Made by a program: the position numbers and the translations under genes. A stretch of DNA of 64,000 nt, taken from assembly GCA_046317875.1 (NCBI GenBank), contig JBKCVN010000013.1, forward strand, positions 3,627 through 67,626, written 5' to 3'. The stretch comes from Alphaproteobacteria bacterium (lineage in GTDB: Bacteria > Pseudomonadota > Alphaproteobacteria > UBA7879 > UBA5542). This document shows, one piece after another, positions 30,636-41,220 of this stretch (the stretch's first letter is position 1; every line of letters begins with the position of its first letter). The notes below the pieces were generated by a model. It ran no database searches. It was not told the DNA's origin and saw only the letters and a program-made list of their open reading frames with translations.

Positions 30636-31370
30636 CTAATTAGACTGCTTTAATTGTTCAGATGTCTTCCCACACCGCCGTTCACGTTGGGAAAAATCAT
30701 TTAAAATAGATTGATATTCGGTTTTTGAAAAGTCGGGCCATAAAGTATCTGTAAAAAATAATTCGGCGTAAGATGCTTGCCACAACAAGAAATTACTAAT
30801 TCTTTTTTCGCCTCCTGTACGAATCAATATATCAGGATCAGGTATTCCCTGGGTGTCCAAAAAACCAGCAATCATGGATTCTGTAATCTCTTCTGTTTTC
30901 AAGGATGAATGATCCAAGCTATTCAGAATATTACGAACCGAACGTGTCATTTCATCTCGTCCACCATAGTTAAAGGCGATTACAAGCGTAAACCGAGAAT
31001 TAGCGGCTGTATTTTCCTCGGCAGAAGCAATAATCTTCAAAATATCTTCAGATAAATTTTGGCGATCTCCTATGAATTTAACCCTGATATTTTCTTTTTG
31101 AAGATTACGTAATTCTTTTTCTAAGTAGACCTTCAAAAGAGACATGAGCCCCAGAACCTCCTCTTTCGGACGTTTCCAGTTTTCTGTGGAAAAAGCATAG
31201 ACTGTTAAATACGAAACGCCCAAACGAATGGATTCTTCGATCATAGCCCTTAGGGTTTCTGCGCCTTGTTGGTGGCCTAAAAGGCGGGGTTTGCCCCTCT
31301 GTTGTGCCCAACGGCCATTGCCATCCATAATGATGGCCACGTGTTTAGGTACCAAAGAAGACAGAGACAT
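30636..31370 (-). CDS. uppS: Isoprenyl transferase (undecaprenyl-diphosphate synthase)
   Basis: 244 aa. HVAIIMDGNGRWA motif. Confidence 0.9.
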   Translation of the reverse strand: MSLSSLVPKHVAIIMDGNGRWAQQRGKPRLLGHQQGAETLRAMIEESIRLGVSYLTVYAFSTENWKRPKEEVLGLMSLLKVYLEKELRNLQKENIRVKFIGDRQNLSEDILKIIASAEENTAANSRFTLVIAFNYGGRDEMTRSVRNILNSLDHSSLKTEEITESMIAGFLDTQGIPDPDILIRTGGEKRISNFLLWQASYAELFFTDTLWPDFSKTEYQSILNDFSQRERRCGKTSEQLKQSN

Positions 31371-31927
31371 TAAATGCTCATAATGTCCCGCTCTTTTTGG
31401 CTAAAGAGCTCGTCAATTTTCTTTATATGTTCATCGGTAATTTTTTGAACCTCGTCGGAAGAGCGACGAAGTTCATCTTCTGAAATATCCCCTTCTTTTT
31501 CCATGGACTTTAATTCATCCATTCCGTCCCGTCTTACGTTGCGTACGCTAACTTTGGCAGCCTCTGTATACTTGGATGCCACTTTCACTAGTTCACGACG
31601 ACGTTCCTCACTCAAGTCCGGCAAAGGCAACCGAATCAGTTGACCATCACAAACGGGATTTAATCCCAAGCCCGCTTCCATAATGGCTTTTTCAACATTT
31701 TTCACTGCTGATTTGTCCCAAACTTGTACGGACAACATTCTAGCCTCGGGCACGCTAATCGTCGCTACTTGAGATAGCGGCATAGGAGAGCCATAGACTT
31801 CCACCACTACGTTATCTAATAAAGAAGCAGAAGCCCGCCCTGTACGCAAACTGTTAAAATCTTTCTTTAAAGATTCTAAAGCGCTGGTCATTCTTCTTTT
31901 TAAATCAGCTGAAAAGTCTGTGATCAT
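31370..31927 (-). CDS. frr: Ribosome recycling factor
   Basis: 185 aa. Conserved frr family. Lies in the pyrH-frr-uppS order. Confidence 0.9.
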   Translation of the reverse strand: MITDFSADLKRRMTSALESLKKDFNSLRTGRASASLLDNVVVEVYGSPMPLSQVATISVPEARMLSVQVWDKSAVKNVEKAIMEAGLGLNPVCDGQLIRLPLPDLSEERRRELVKVASKYTEAAKVSVRNVRRDGMDELKSMEKEGDISEDELRRSSDEVQKITDEHIKKIDELFSQKERDIMSI

Positions 31928-31936
31928 CTTTAACTC

Positions 31937-32632
31937 CTATTCAATAACAGTATGGGTTAGTTGATTGTTTAATACGCCCTCAAAACAGTTTTTTTCTAAC
32001 AGGGAAAATACCATCAAAGGAATTTTATGTTCAGCAGCCAAAGTAATGGCGGTAGAGTCCATGACTTGAAGGCCTTTTTCTAAAACTTCCTGATAAGACA
32101 AGCGGTCAAAACGTCTGGCGTTCTTCTTATGGTGGGGATCGGCGTCATACACGCCATCCACTTTAGTGGCTTTTAGAATAGCCTGGCAGTTAAGCTCAAT
32201 GCCACGTAAAACAGCAGCCGTATCAGTTGTAAAGTAAGGGGATCCCGTACCCCCCACGCAAATGACAACATGCTTATTTTCCATTGCTTCCAGGGCGCGG
32301 GATATACTAAAAACATCTACCATCCCCGCAATAGAAAAAGAGGACAATAAAGAAACAGGAATATTTTTCTCAGTAAAGGCAGATTTTAATGCCAAACCAT
32401 TCATAACGGTGGCCAGCATGCCCATTTGATCTGCTTGGGCGCGGTCAAGGAAAGAAACATTTTCCTTCCCCCGAAAAATGTTGCCACCGCCTATTACAAC
32501 GGCAACCTGAACATCTTTTTTCAATAACGCATGAATTTGATGCCCAATATTTTCTATGATATCTTGTGAAAAAGACGTTGAAGATGCTCCCTTCAACGCC
32601 TCTCCCGATAATTTAATAAGTATTCGCTTCAT
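31937..32632 (-). CDS. pyrH: UMP kinase
   Basis: 231 aa. LKLSGEAL and GGGNIFRG motifs. Confidence 0.9.
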   Translation of the reverse strand: MKRILIKLSGEALKGASSTSFSQDIIENIGHQIHALLKKDVQVAVVIGGGNIFRGKENVSFLDRAQADQMGMLATVMNGLALKSAFTEKNIPVSLLSSFSIAGMVDVFSISRALEAMENKHVVICVGGTGSPYFTTDTAAVLRGIELNCQAILKATKVDGVYDADPHHKKNARRFDRLSYQEVLEKGLQVMDSTAITLAAEHKIPLMVFSLLEKNCFEGVLNNQLTHTVIE

Positions 32633-32665
32633 AGGAAGCCCCCTGTTTGTTACCCTCTGCGAAGA

Positions 32666-33592
32666 TTACCTGGCAAGATTTGAAACTTCTGCCGCAAAGT
32701 CATCAACTTTCTTTTCAATCCCCTCACCTAACTTAAAGCAAGCATAGGCGTGGATAGAAACATCTGATCCCACTTTTTTGGCACAATCTGCAATAACGTC
32801 TTTAACTTTTTTGTCGGGGTCCATAATGAAAGTTTGCTCAAGAAGAACAACTTCTTCATAGAATTTGCGCAAACGACCCAAAACCATTTTTTCAACCACA
32901 TCGGCAGGCTTACCAGACGCGCTGGCCTGTTCTGTGATGATAGACTTCTCCCGCTCTACCAATCCCGAATCAAGATCTGAGATCGACAAAGATTGTGGGT
33001 TCATGGCCGCCACATGCATGGCAATTTGCTTACCCACTTCTTCCAAAGCAGAGACATCGCCATCACTTTCCAAAGCAATCAATACTCCAATGCGGCCCAT
33101 ATTTTGACCGATGGCGTTGTGGGTATACCCAACAACCACTCCCCTAGAAACTTCTAGTTTCTTTACACGACGCACAGCCATGTTTTCACCAATCACAGCC
33201 ACCAGATGGGTTAACTCTTCTTGGTTTGTGCGCCCTGTTCCGCCAGAAAACGGTGCAGACAAAAGATGTTCTAGGCTAGACCCATGGTCTAATGCAGACT
33301 TAGATATTTGACTTACATAATTTTGGAATTGGTCATTACGGCCTACGAAGTCGGTTTCGGCATTGACCTCAACTACTACGCCCTTAGTATCCTGAACCGC
33401 AATACCAACCAATCCTTCAGCCGCTACGCGGTCTGCTTTCTTGGCGGCCGCCGCTAAACCTTTTTTGCGCAACCAATCAATAGAGGACTCTAAGTCACCC
33501 CCACATTCGCTAAGAGCCTTCTTACAGTCCATCATACCGGCGCCGGTACGTTCCCTAAGCTCTTTTACTAAAGACGCTGTAATTTCAGTCAT
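32666..33592 (-). CDS. tsf: Elongation factor Ts
   Basis: 308 aa. N-terminal UBA-like LVKELRERTGAGMMDCKKAL. Confidence 0.9.
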   Translation of the reverse strand: MTEITASLVKELRERTGAGMMDCKKALSECGGDLESSIDWLRKKGLAAAAKKADRVAAEGLVGIAVQDTKGVVVEVNAETDFVGRNDQFQNYVSQISKSALDHGSSLEHLLSAPFSGGTGRTNQEELTHLVAVIGENMAVRRVKKLEVSRGVVVGYTHNAIGQNMGRIGVLIALESDGDVSALEEVGKQIAMHVAAMNPQSLSISDLDSGLVEREKSIITEQASASGKPADVVEKMVLGRLRKFYEEVVLLEQTFIMDPDKKVKDVIADCAKKVGSDVSIHAYACFKLGEGIEKKVDDFAAEVSNLAR

Positions 33593-33616
33593 TTTTTAAA
33601 ATCCTTTTTTCAGAAG

Positions 33617-34447
33617 TTATTCTTTCGTTTCTTCAACAGAAGACGCAACATCCGTTTCCACTGTTTCAAATTCTTCTATCTTTTCAACAGGAGCATTAAC
33701 AACTGTACCCACATCTATGCCTGAGCTTTTCACTTCAGCCTGAAGGCCTTCTAGAATTGCAGAAACAACAAGTTGACAATAAAGGCTAATGGCACGGCTG
33801 GCATCATCGTTTCCAGGGATCACATAATCGATTTTTTCAGGATTCGAATTACTGTCCACCACAGCGATAACAGGAATACCTAGCTTGTTTGCTTCTTCGA
33901 TGGCCAAAGCTTCTTTGTTTGTATCAATAATAAACAAAGCATTCGGACGACCGCCCATAGAACGAATACCACCTAGGGTCATTTCTAATTTTTGCTTTTC
34001 ACGAGAAAGCTTCAGATGTTCTTTTTTTGTGAACCCGGACCCTTGAGAATCAAGTTTCTTTTCTAGCTCTTCTAAACGGTTAATAGATTTAGAAATAGTT
34101 TCCCAGTTGGTAAGCATACCACCCAACCAACGGTGGTTTACATAATATTGCCCACAAGAATTGGCAGCTTCAGCAATCACCTCACCAGCCTGATGCTTGG
34201 TGCCCACGAACAAAACACGCCCACCATTGGACACGATTTCTTTAATCGCTTCTAAAGCGCGATAAAGTAAAGGAACTGTTTGTTGCAAATCGATGATATG
34301 AACATTGTTCCTAACCCCGAAAAGGTATGGAGCCATCTTAGGATTCCAACGACGGGGATGATGTCCAAAGTGAACGCCTGCTTCTAAAAGTTGGCGCATA
34401 GTAAAGGTAGTTTGAGTCATTATTTTTCTCCGGTTAATCCTCCACAA
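33617..34447 (-). CDS. rpsB: 30S ribosomal protein S2
   Basis: [13 protein letters not shown] motif. The real start is likely the internal Met (MTQTTF...) at about 34420. Confidence 0.9.
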   Translation of the reverse strand: MWRINRRKIMTQTTFTMRQLLEAGVHFGHHPRRWNPKMAPYLFGVRNNVHIIDLQQTVPLLYRALEAIKEIVSNGGRVLFVGTKHQAGEVIAEAANSCGQYYVNHRWLGGMLTNWETISKSINRLEELEKKLDSQGSGFTKKEHLKLSREKQKLEMTLGGIRSMGGRPNALFIIDTNKEALAIEEANKLGIPVIAVVDSNSNPEKIDYVIPGNDDASRAISLYCQLVVSAILEGLQAEVKSSGIDVGTVVNAPVEKIEEFETVETDVASSVEETKE

Positions 34448-34639
34448 GATCTGCTTTCTTAGACTATCGAAAGACCGGAGGGAATTTCCCTATATTTCTT
34501 GTGTGAGACGTTAAACAAAATGGGCTTACCAAAAGCCCACATTGAAGTTTGTATAACCCGATTACAGTGGGATTTCAAGAAAATTATTGACTTAATTTGG
34601 TTTGTCTTTAAACCTGGAAAAGAAGTAAGGAGGTTCACA

Positions 34640-35515
34640 ATGCGCCCATTTATAAAAATAGCTTATGGAATTCTGATCGCTGGCCTTTTAATCATGGGGG
34701 GATATTATTTTACTGTTTACAATCACGCCCAAAGGCAACTAACTTCCCTTAAAACGCAGCAGCTGGCAGAGCAAAGGTTTTTGGTTCAATCCCGATATCA
34801 GTTCCCTATTTTAAGCCTGACTCAATCTATCGACGAAAAAGAATCCTCTCTTCTGCCCCTCATTTTCCAAAAATTCTTACCCCAGGCCCCCACACTGTTG
34901 CACCTGGGTGCACACACCGGGCTGCATACCCTACTGGCCGGCCGTCACCTAGCGCCGAATGGAAAGATCCTTGCTTTTGAAGGGCACCCCAAACTTGTTA
35001 GTCTATTAAAAGAAAATTTAAACCTTCACCATTTAGAAAAAAAAGTTTCTGTTTTTTCTATGGTCCCTTCTTCCCAATCCAGCTCTCTTTCCGTGTGTTT
35101 CGATGCAGACCCTCTTCCTTCGGCAGATACGCCGATTACCCAGGGATACGAACAGCAATTAAAGGGGGGGAATTGTCACACCATCACCCTCAAAGCTTTG
35201 GACACCTTACCACTCCCCAAAGTGGATTTTATTTTTATAGAAAATGATATTGATACCCCCAGCGCAATTAAGGGTGCCTATAAACTGCTAGAAAAATCTA
35301 AATGGCCAGCCCTTTTAATTGAACCCACCCTTTTCTTAAAGTCCCCAGAGGCTCATGGGCTACTGACCAACCTCTGTAAAAAAGGCTACACTTTCTATAA
35401 GTTATCTCTTATGAATGGGTTAAATCTCAGAATAGAGAAAGCAGAAGAAAAAGAATCAAGTTTTGATAAAAACTCGTATTTGCTTTGCTCTCAACAGAAA
35501 TTAGAAATTTCTTAA
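34640..35515 (+). CDS. Membrane-anchored SAM-dependent methyltransferase, FkbM-like (putative)
   Basis: Start chosen at ATG 34640, 8 nt after a strong AAGGAGG Shine-Dalgarno. The track ORF began at 34499 with no RBS. One N-terminal TM helix. LHLGAHTGLHTLLAG resembles the FkbM-family DxGAnxG SAM motif. Confidence 0.4.
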   Translation: MRPFIKIAYGILIAGLLIMGGYYFTVYNHAQRQLTSLKTQQLAEQRFLVQSRYQFPILSLTQSIDEKESSLLPLIFQKFLPQAPTLLHLGAHTGLHTLLAGRHLAPNGKILAFEGHPKLVSLLKENLNLHHLEKKVSVFSMVPSSQSSSLSVCFDADPLPSADTPITQGYEQQLKGGNCHTITLKALDTLPLPKVDFIFIENDIDTPSAIKGAYKLLEKSKWPALLIEPTLFLKSPEAHGLLTNLCKKGYTFYKLSLMNGLNLRIEKAEEKESSFDKNSYLLCSQQKLEIS

Positions 35516-35521
35516 AATAAA

Positions 35522-35596
<75 letters not shown>

Positions 35597-35651
35597 CCTT
35601 ATATTTGATGCTTTATCATGTATCGGATGACGGACCGAAAAGCAACCCTTG

Positions 35652-36941
35652 TTAGGATTCTTTTTTCATAATCATGTAAATGGGCACACCAATGGCCACC
35701 AGAATAAGTCCCATCAACAGGCTCTGATACCCAACACCCATAATCGCCGTACCTGTATAAACCACAGCAATGGATCCGATCAACAAAGAAAACCAACGGA
35801 TCCTTTGTTTTTTACCCTCTGTCCACAACAGCCACACATCTGCCAGTGCCGAAAAAAGATAGGGCAATAATATGGAAAAAGAGGTAAGGTTCACAATCAT
35901 CGAAAACTGGTCAACCAAAGAGGCTGTGTAATTAAAGAACAACAAGACCGTCATAAATACGGCTGAAATTAAAAGGGCTGTCACAGGTGTTCCATGGGTA
36001 GATTGATAGCCTAATATTTTGGGAAATAATTTATCTTTGGCCACAGCTAAAGGAATTTGGCCTTGCAATAAGATCCAGCCGTTCAACGTGCTAAAGCAAG
36101 AAAACGCAGCCATCAACGCCATTACATAAGCGGATTTGGATCCAAACATGTGACCAAAAGCATCCGCAAAGGGGGCGGACGATAAGGACAATTTCTGAGA
36201 CCCTAATATCCCCATGACCACCATGGCAATCCATATGTAGATAGTGGCCGCAATCAACGTTCCAATCAAAGTCGCCTTTGCTACCACTTTTTTCGGCTGT
36301 TCCACGTGTTCCGAAGGAATGGTGGCAGATTCAATTCCAATAAATGAAAAAATACTTAAGGACATGGTGGCTAAAATTGCTTTCCACGGTGTTACATCTT
36401 GGGGCAAAACAAAGGGATAAATATTCGCCCAATCCACATAAAAAATACCCACCACAGATAGCAAAATTAAAGGTAAAACCTTTGCAATCGTCACCAATAC
36501 CTGAATTCGGGCAAATAACTGCAGACTCATCAAATTAATAGCCACAGCCCCCCATAAAGCCCCCACACTAACCATAAAGGCATACAAAGAGTTGGTATTT
36601 AAAATGGGATAAGCAATGGACAGGTAACTTACAAAGGCAATAACAACTGCCAAATTACTAACAATATTGGCCAGCCAATAAGTCCAAGCAATTTCAAATC
36701 CCCAAAACCTTCCAAATACCTCGCGTGCATAAACATAGGGACCTCCCGATTTGGTAAAGCGATGACTAAGACGGGCAAAGACTAGCCCCAAGAACACCGC
36801 CCCCAGCGAAGTTAAGGCCCACCCAAAAAGGCCAAAAGTTCCATAAGCAGCCAAAGCTGCCGGCAACATTAAAATGCCCGACCCAACGATATTGCCCACC
36901 ACCAATGATGTGGTCTGCCATAAACCAAATTTATATTTCAC
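35652..36941 (-). CDS. APC-family amino acid permease
   Basis: 429 aa, 12 TM helices. N-terminal SLVVGNIVGSGILMLPAALA, typical of APC transporters. Confidence 0.7.
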   Translation of the reverse strand: MKYKFGLWQTTSLVVGNIVGSGILMLPAALAAYGTFGLFGWALTSLGAVFLGLVFARLSHRFTKSGGPYVYAREVFGRFWGFEIAWTYWLANIVSNLAVVIAFVSYLSIAYPILNTNSLYAFMVSVGALWGAVAINLMSLQLFARIQVLVTIAKVLPLILLSVVGIFYVDWANIYPFVLPQDVTPWKAILATMSLSIFSFIGIESATIPSEHVEQPKKVVAKATLIGTLIAATIYIWIAMVVMGILGSQKLSLSSAPFADAFGHMFGSKSAYVMALMAAFSCFSTLNGWILLQGQIPLAVAKDKLFPKILGYQSTHGTPVTALLISAVFMTVLLFFNYTASLVDQFSMIVNLTSFSILLPYLFSALADVWLLWTEGKKQRIRWFSLLIGSIAVVYTGTAIMGVGYQSLLMGLILVAIGVPIYMIMKKES

Positions 36942-36966
36942 CTTATGTATAACCCTAAATTATTAA

Positions 36967-37713
36967 TTAAGATTTTTTTCGACGTTCTTTTCTAATTTCA
37001 GCTTGGAAGTCTTCCAAAGGAATGCTGCCTGGAATGACTGTTTCACCTACCAGGAATGTGGGTGTAGAGGAAATATCTAAAGATTGGCCCAGCGTCATGT
37101 TTTGCTTGATTCTATTCTCCACATCTAAGCTGTTCATATCGAAGCTAAATTTTTTCACATCCATTTTCAATTTATGGGCCAAATCAATCAGGCCTTCCTG
37201 GGTAAAGTTACCATCGGACTTCATTAAAATAGTATGGAAATCAATATACTTGCCTTGTTTTTGGGCCGCCAACGCCGCCCGCGCCAAGGTTAAATCACCC
37301 AATACGGGGAACTCTTTATAAATAACTTTAATATTACGATCCATGGCTAACAGCTTTTGAATGGTGTCATGGGCTGATCGACAATATCCACAATGGTAAT
37401 CAAAGAAGACCAAAACAACCACGTCTCCTTTTGGATTCCCTGCAAACGGAGAGCGGGAATCTTGCAACAGCTCCCGTTTTTTAGATTTTATTTTTTCAAT
37501 CCGACTTAGGCGATCTTGTTCTTCTTGGTTCTTCTGCAGCTTATGAACACCTTCCATAACAATTTTGGCCACAACTTCGGGTTGTTTGTTCATTTCTGAA
37601 ATCACCGACTCCATAATCCGTTCGGCAGAGGGGCCCACCGAAGCACGCCACAAAGCGATACAAGACAGAAAGAAGCTTGAAAAAACAACAATAACAAAAG
37701 ATTTATTCCACAT
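36967..37713 (-). CDS. DsbA-family thiol:disulfide oxidoreductase (Com1/DsbA-like)
   Basis: 248 aa. Signal peptide. Thioredoxin CGYC active site in FFDYHCGYCRSAH. Confidence 0.75.
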   Translation of the reverse strand: MWNKSFVIVVFSSFFLSCIALWRASVGPSAERIMESVISEMNKQPEVVAKIVMEGVHKLQKNQEEQDRLSRIEKIKSKKRELLQDSRSPFAGNPKGDVVVLVFFDYHCGYCRSAHDTIQKLLAMDRNIKVIYKEFPVLGDLTLARAALAAQKQGKYIDFHTILMKSDGNFTQEGLIDLAHKLKMDVKKFSFDMNSLDVENRIKQNMTLGQSLDISSTPTFLVGETVIPGSIPLEDFQAEIRKERRKKS

Positions 37714-38147
37714 AAGAATCCCTAAAATTTAAAAATACTTTCCCATCCTAACAAAACCCATGATTTTTTCCATACCTAAATTTATGCTGAAATTTTTGTG
37801 ATCCATTAAACAGCCTGCATAATAAAAACCAAGGGCTTGATTATTTAGAAACAAACACCTATATAAAACATAATTCTAGAGGCAATAAATCCCTGGAATA
37901 ATTAAAAATAACCAGAGAAGTTATCATGACTCTCAATGGGAAATCAAAAACCTTAAAACCAATGGATTTTGCAGCAACCGAACCGGGCGATGTGCATTCA
38001 TTTAAATCTACTGATCCCAAAAAACAGTCGTTCTTTTTGTAACGAATTTCCCTCCCTTTGATTACAAGGATGTATTCCATGCAGAAGAGACATCCGCGGG
38101 CCCTATGGAAATTAAATAATAACAAACCATATGAAACAAAAAAAAAC

Positions 38148-38181
38148 CCGCTTGAATAAGTGGGTTTTTTTATGTTGAAAA
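38148..38181. terminator. Bidirectional intrinsic terminator-like hairpin (A-tract, cccgctt-gaat-aagtggg, T-tract)
   Basis: 7-bp stem with one G-U pair. Flanked by an 8-9 nt A run and a 7-T run. Not adjacent to the 3' end of any annotated gene. Confidence 0.5.
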
Positions 38182-38297
38182 CATGGCTCATAGATTTTTT
38201 AAAATTTGTGGATCATTTCAAAGTAAAAAGAACACATAAATATTGTCGACAAATCAAAAAATATTTGATACACCCTGTCATACCTTGTTTTTCTAGG

Positions 38298-38373
38298 GGG
38301 CACTTAGCTCAGTTGGTAGAGCAGCTGACTCTTAATCAGTAGGTCACAGGTTCGAATCCCGTAGTGCCCACCA
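38298..38373 (+). tRNA. tRNA-Lys (anticodon CTT)
   Basis: GGGCACT...AGTGCCC acceptor stem. Anticodon loop CTCTTAA. TTCGAAT T-loop. CCA encoded. 76 nt. Confidence 0.85.
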
Positions 38374-38672
38374 TCCCCACCCAGGTTATGAGCCCCCCCT
38401 ATTGACAATCACTACACATCTGCTTATATGTAAAATGATGATTTATAAAATTTTTTTAAATAAAAAATGGAGTTGGCGACGCTAGATTATCTTTAGCTGC
38501 GCAATTCTGTTTTTTTATTTTTAGAAAGTTTTATGATGTACACACTCGCTTTAAAAAATCTTCCCTTCCTGATCAGTATTTTCCTTTGCAAATTTTGGCT
38601 CCCCTGCGCCTAGTTATTTCTTCTTTTTTCCACATTTACGTTTTTAGATTTTACTTTTAAAAGGATTTAGTT

Positions 38673-39653
38673 ATGAAAAAAATATTTAAAGTTATGGCTG
38701 TTGCGGCAGGTTTGGCGGCCTTAGTATATGCAATTAAACAAAAGACATCCTCCCCTTCACAGGCAATTTTTACTGTGCATTTTGTTCTTCCCTTAGAACA
38801 TCAAGCCCTAAAGGACATCGTCCAAGGGTTTCGGGAAACGCTATCGAAGTCCATGCCTGGAAAAATTCATTTTAAAGAACACAATGCCCAGGGGGATGCC
38901 AATTTGCAAAGATCAATTTTGCAAAAATTATCACAAGAAAAAGCCGACCTTGTTGTCCCCATAGGCACAACGACCACCCAGTCAACAGTTAAGCTTATTA
39001 AACAAACACCCATTCTTTCCCTGGCCGCCATGTATACCGAAACAGACCGGGCTGGCCACCAGCTTGGCGGGGTTTTGGACGAGATTTCTATTAACCAACT
39101 CACTTCCTTTGTGGAAACAATCCACAATCCCTCAGGCACTTTGGTCATTATACACAGCACTGACGATCGGCGGGTTAAAGATGCGCTGGAAATGGAAAGC
39201 CAGCTTAATAAAAAGAGAATTCGCACAAAGCGGATGATGATTCATACACTCAGCGACCTATATACGCTGAGCCAAAATTTATCAAACCAAACCTCCTCGG
39301 TGGTCATTTTAAAAGATCACCTAGTCGTTAGCGGTATTGCTGTTCTTAAAAAAGCCTGCAATGAAAAGAAAATTCTTTTAATAACCTCGGATGAAGGAAC
39401 GGTTAAAAGTGGCGCCCCCATCGGCTTTGGGGTGACAGAAAAAAACATCGGACAAGAAGGTGCTAAAATGGCCATCAAAGTCCTATCGGGGACCCCTATC
39501 GAAAAACTCCCCATCCAGCACTTGGCACAATTAAAGATCTTTGTTAGGTCAGAGTTCCTAGCAAATAATCCAAGTTTCCATACCGTGGTTAAAAAAACGG
39601 CTCAGAAAAAAAATCACCAATTGATCATCATTTCGAACGGAGAGCCAAAATGA
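38673..39653 (+). CDS. ABC transporter periplasmic substrate-binding protein (ABC_sub_bind-type, substrate unknown)
   Basis: 326 aa. Signal peptide. First gene of a three-gene SBP/permease/ATPase operon with overlapping junctions. Confidence 0.65.
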   Translation: MKKIFKVMAVAAGLAALVYAIKQKTSSPSQAIFTVHFVLPLEHQALKDIVQGFRETLSKSMPGKIHFKEHNAQGDANLQRSILQKLSQEKADLVVPIGTTTTQSTVKLIKQTPILSLAAMYTETDRAGHQLGGVLDEISINQLTSFVETIHNPSGTLVIIHSTDDRRVKDALEMESQLNKKRIRTKRMMIHTLSDLYTLSQNLSNQTSSVVILKDHLVVSGIAVLKKACNEKKILLITSDEGTVKSGAPIGFGVTEKNIGQEGAKMAIKVLSGTPIEKLPIQHLAQLKIFVRSEFLANNPSFHTVVKKTAQKKNHQLIIISNGEPK

Positions 39654-40525
39654 TCCTAGCCAGCCTTGAACAAAGCTTGATGCTCTATCCTTTAGTTTTG
39701 GGAGTGTGTTTAAGCTATCAAATTTTGAAAACAACCGATCTTACGGCAGAAGGAAGTTTTGTATTAGGGGCAGCCCTGTATGCAAGGCTTCTTACAGCAT
39801 ACAACAACCAAAACCTGGCCATTATTTCCGCTTTGTTGGGGGGCGCTTTGTGTGGTTTCTTTGTCTATATACTTCAAAGAAAAGGGCAAATGAATGCCCT
39901 CATTTCCAGCATTATTATGCTGTTTATGCTGTACAGCGTTAATCTTCAAATCATGGGGAAGCCCAATATTAGCTTACTATCCTATGATGTTTTTGAATCC
40001 ACATCCGTACATTCCGTACATAATGTTCCATTAAAAATTATCTTCCTGGGCTTATTGGGACTAGTTCTAACTTTTGTCCTGGGATTATTTCTAAAAACGC
40101 GACTAGGATTAACTCTCCGAGCCCTGGGGCATAACCCCCATGTTCTTAAAAAGTATGGAAGAAACCCGGAAGCCTATCGCTTAACAGGCTTGATCATATC
40201 AAACACTCTCTCTGCAGGCTGTGGGGCCCTCATGGCCCAATTCAGCGGATATGCAGATATCCATATGGGTTTTGGAATGGCCTTGGTGGGTATTAGTGCC
40301 GTGGCTATCGGTCAGCATGTTTTATCTTCCCTAAAAAAAACCATCCATTTCAGCTCGTTTCTTGAAATTATTGCCTGCTTCGGGGGTATTTATATGTATT
40401 TCCTAATCAGCCACTTTCTTCTGAAACTAGACATAGACCCTATCAACCTTAGATTATGCTTGGGTCTTATTCTCATTTTATGTCTACGCTCGCATCACCT
40501 TATTAAAGGAACCAAAAATGCTTAA
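39650..40525 (+). CDS. ABC transporter permease
   Basis: 291 aa polytopic membrane protein. Translationally coupled to the SBP and ATPase genes. Confidence 0.7.
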   Translation: MILASLEQSLMLYPLVLGVCLSYQILKTTDLTAEGSFVLGAALYARLLTAYNNQNLAIISALLGGALCGFFVYILQRKGQMNALISSIIMLFMLYSVNLQIMGKPNISLLSYDVFESTSVHSVHNVPLKIIFLGLLGLVLTFVLGLFLKTRLGLTLRALGHNPHVLKKYGRNPEAYRLTGLIISNTLSAGCGALMAQFSGYADIHMGFGMALVGISAVAIGQHVLSSLKKTIHFSSFLEIIACFGGIYMYFLISHFLLKLDIDPINLRLCLGLILILCLRSHHLIKGTKNA

Positions 40526-41219
40526 GTTTTCTAACGTAGGACTGGTACTCAAGCCCCAAAACCTGACGATTTTAAAAAATTTAAATTTTCAGATTCAACC
40601 TAAAGAATTTGTCGTTATTTTAGGCAGCAATGGCTCAGGAAAAAGCTCACTTTTAAAACTTGCAAGTGGGGATTACTCTCCCTCTGAGGGAGCCATAACC
40701 AACGGATCTAAACGCCTGGCTTATTTCTCGCAAGACACGTCATGTTCACTGTTTCATGATTTAACGGTCTTGGAAAACTGTTGTTTAAACAAACAAAAGA
40801 TTAATTTCACCCCTTTTAAAATATCCACTCGAAAGGAACATGATTTTTATAGTGAGTATTTAGAAAAATTTCATGCCCATCTGCCCAAAAAAATGCACAC
40901 CATGGTGGGAAGTTTATCAGGAGGCGAAAGACAAAGTCTGGCTTTGGCTTTGTCCTTAAAACAAGATCCAGACCTACTCATGCTAGATGAACATACAAGC
41001 GCACTTGACCCGAATACCGCTGCCTCAATTATGGAGCTAACTGACCGAGCCATCCAAGAACGAGGTCTGACAACCCTAATGGTCACCCATAATTTGCAGC
41101 ATGCCGTGGACTATGGCACCAGAATTCTGGGCCTTAAAGATGGGGAAATTTTAATTGATTTAAACAAAGAAAGAATGAAGAGTGTATCCAAAGAAAGTCT
41201 AATGAATTTATATCTGTAA
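40518..41219 (+). CDS. ABC transporter ATP-binding protein
   Basis: 233 aa. Walker A GSNGSGKSS. Signature LSGGERQ. Walker B LLMLDE. Confidence 0.85.
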   Translation: MLKFSNVGLVLKPQNLTILKNLNFQIQPKEFVVILGSNGSGKSSLLKLASGDYSPSEGAITNGSKRLAYFSQDTSCSLFHDLTVLENCCLNKQKINFTPFKISTRKEHDFYSEYLEKFHAHLPKKMHTMVGSLSGGERQSLALALSLKQDPDLLMLDEHTSALDPNTAASIMELTDRAIQERGLTTLMVTHNLQHAVDYGTRILGLKDGEILIDLNKERMKSVSKESLMNLYL

Positions 41220-41220
41220 A

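Noticed and set aside
34499-34639. N-terminal 47 codons of the track ORF for the FkbM-like gene
   Set aside because: No RBS at 34499, whereas a perfect AAGGAGG precedes the ATG at 34640. The upstream part is most likely 5' UTR or divergent promoter sequence.
37859-38191. 110-aa minus-strand ORF between dsbA and tRNA-Lys
   Set aside because: Runs through the intergenic terminator hairpin. Low-complexity F/L-rich translation, no RBS. Probably non-coding.
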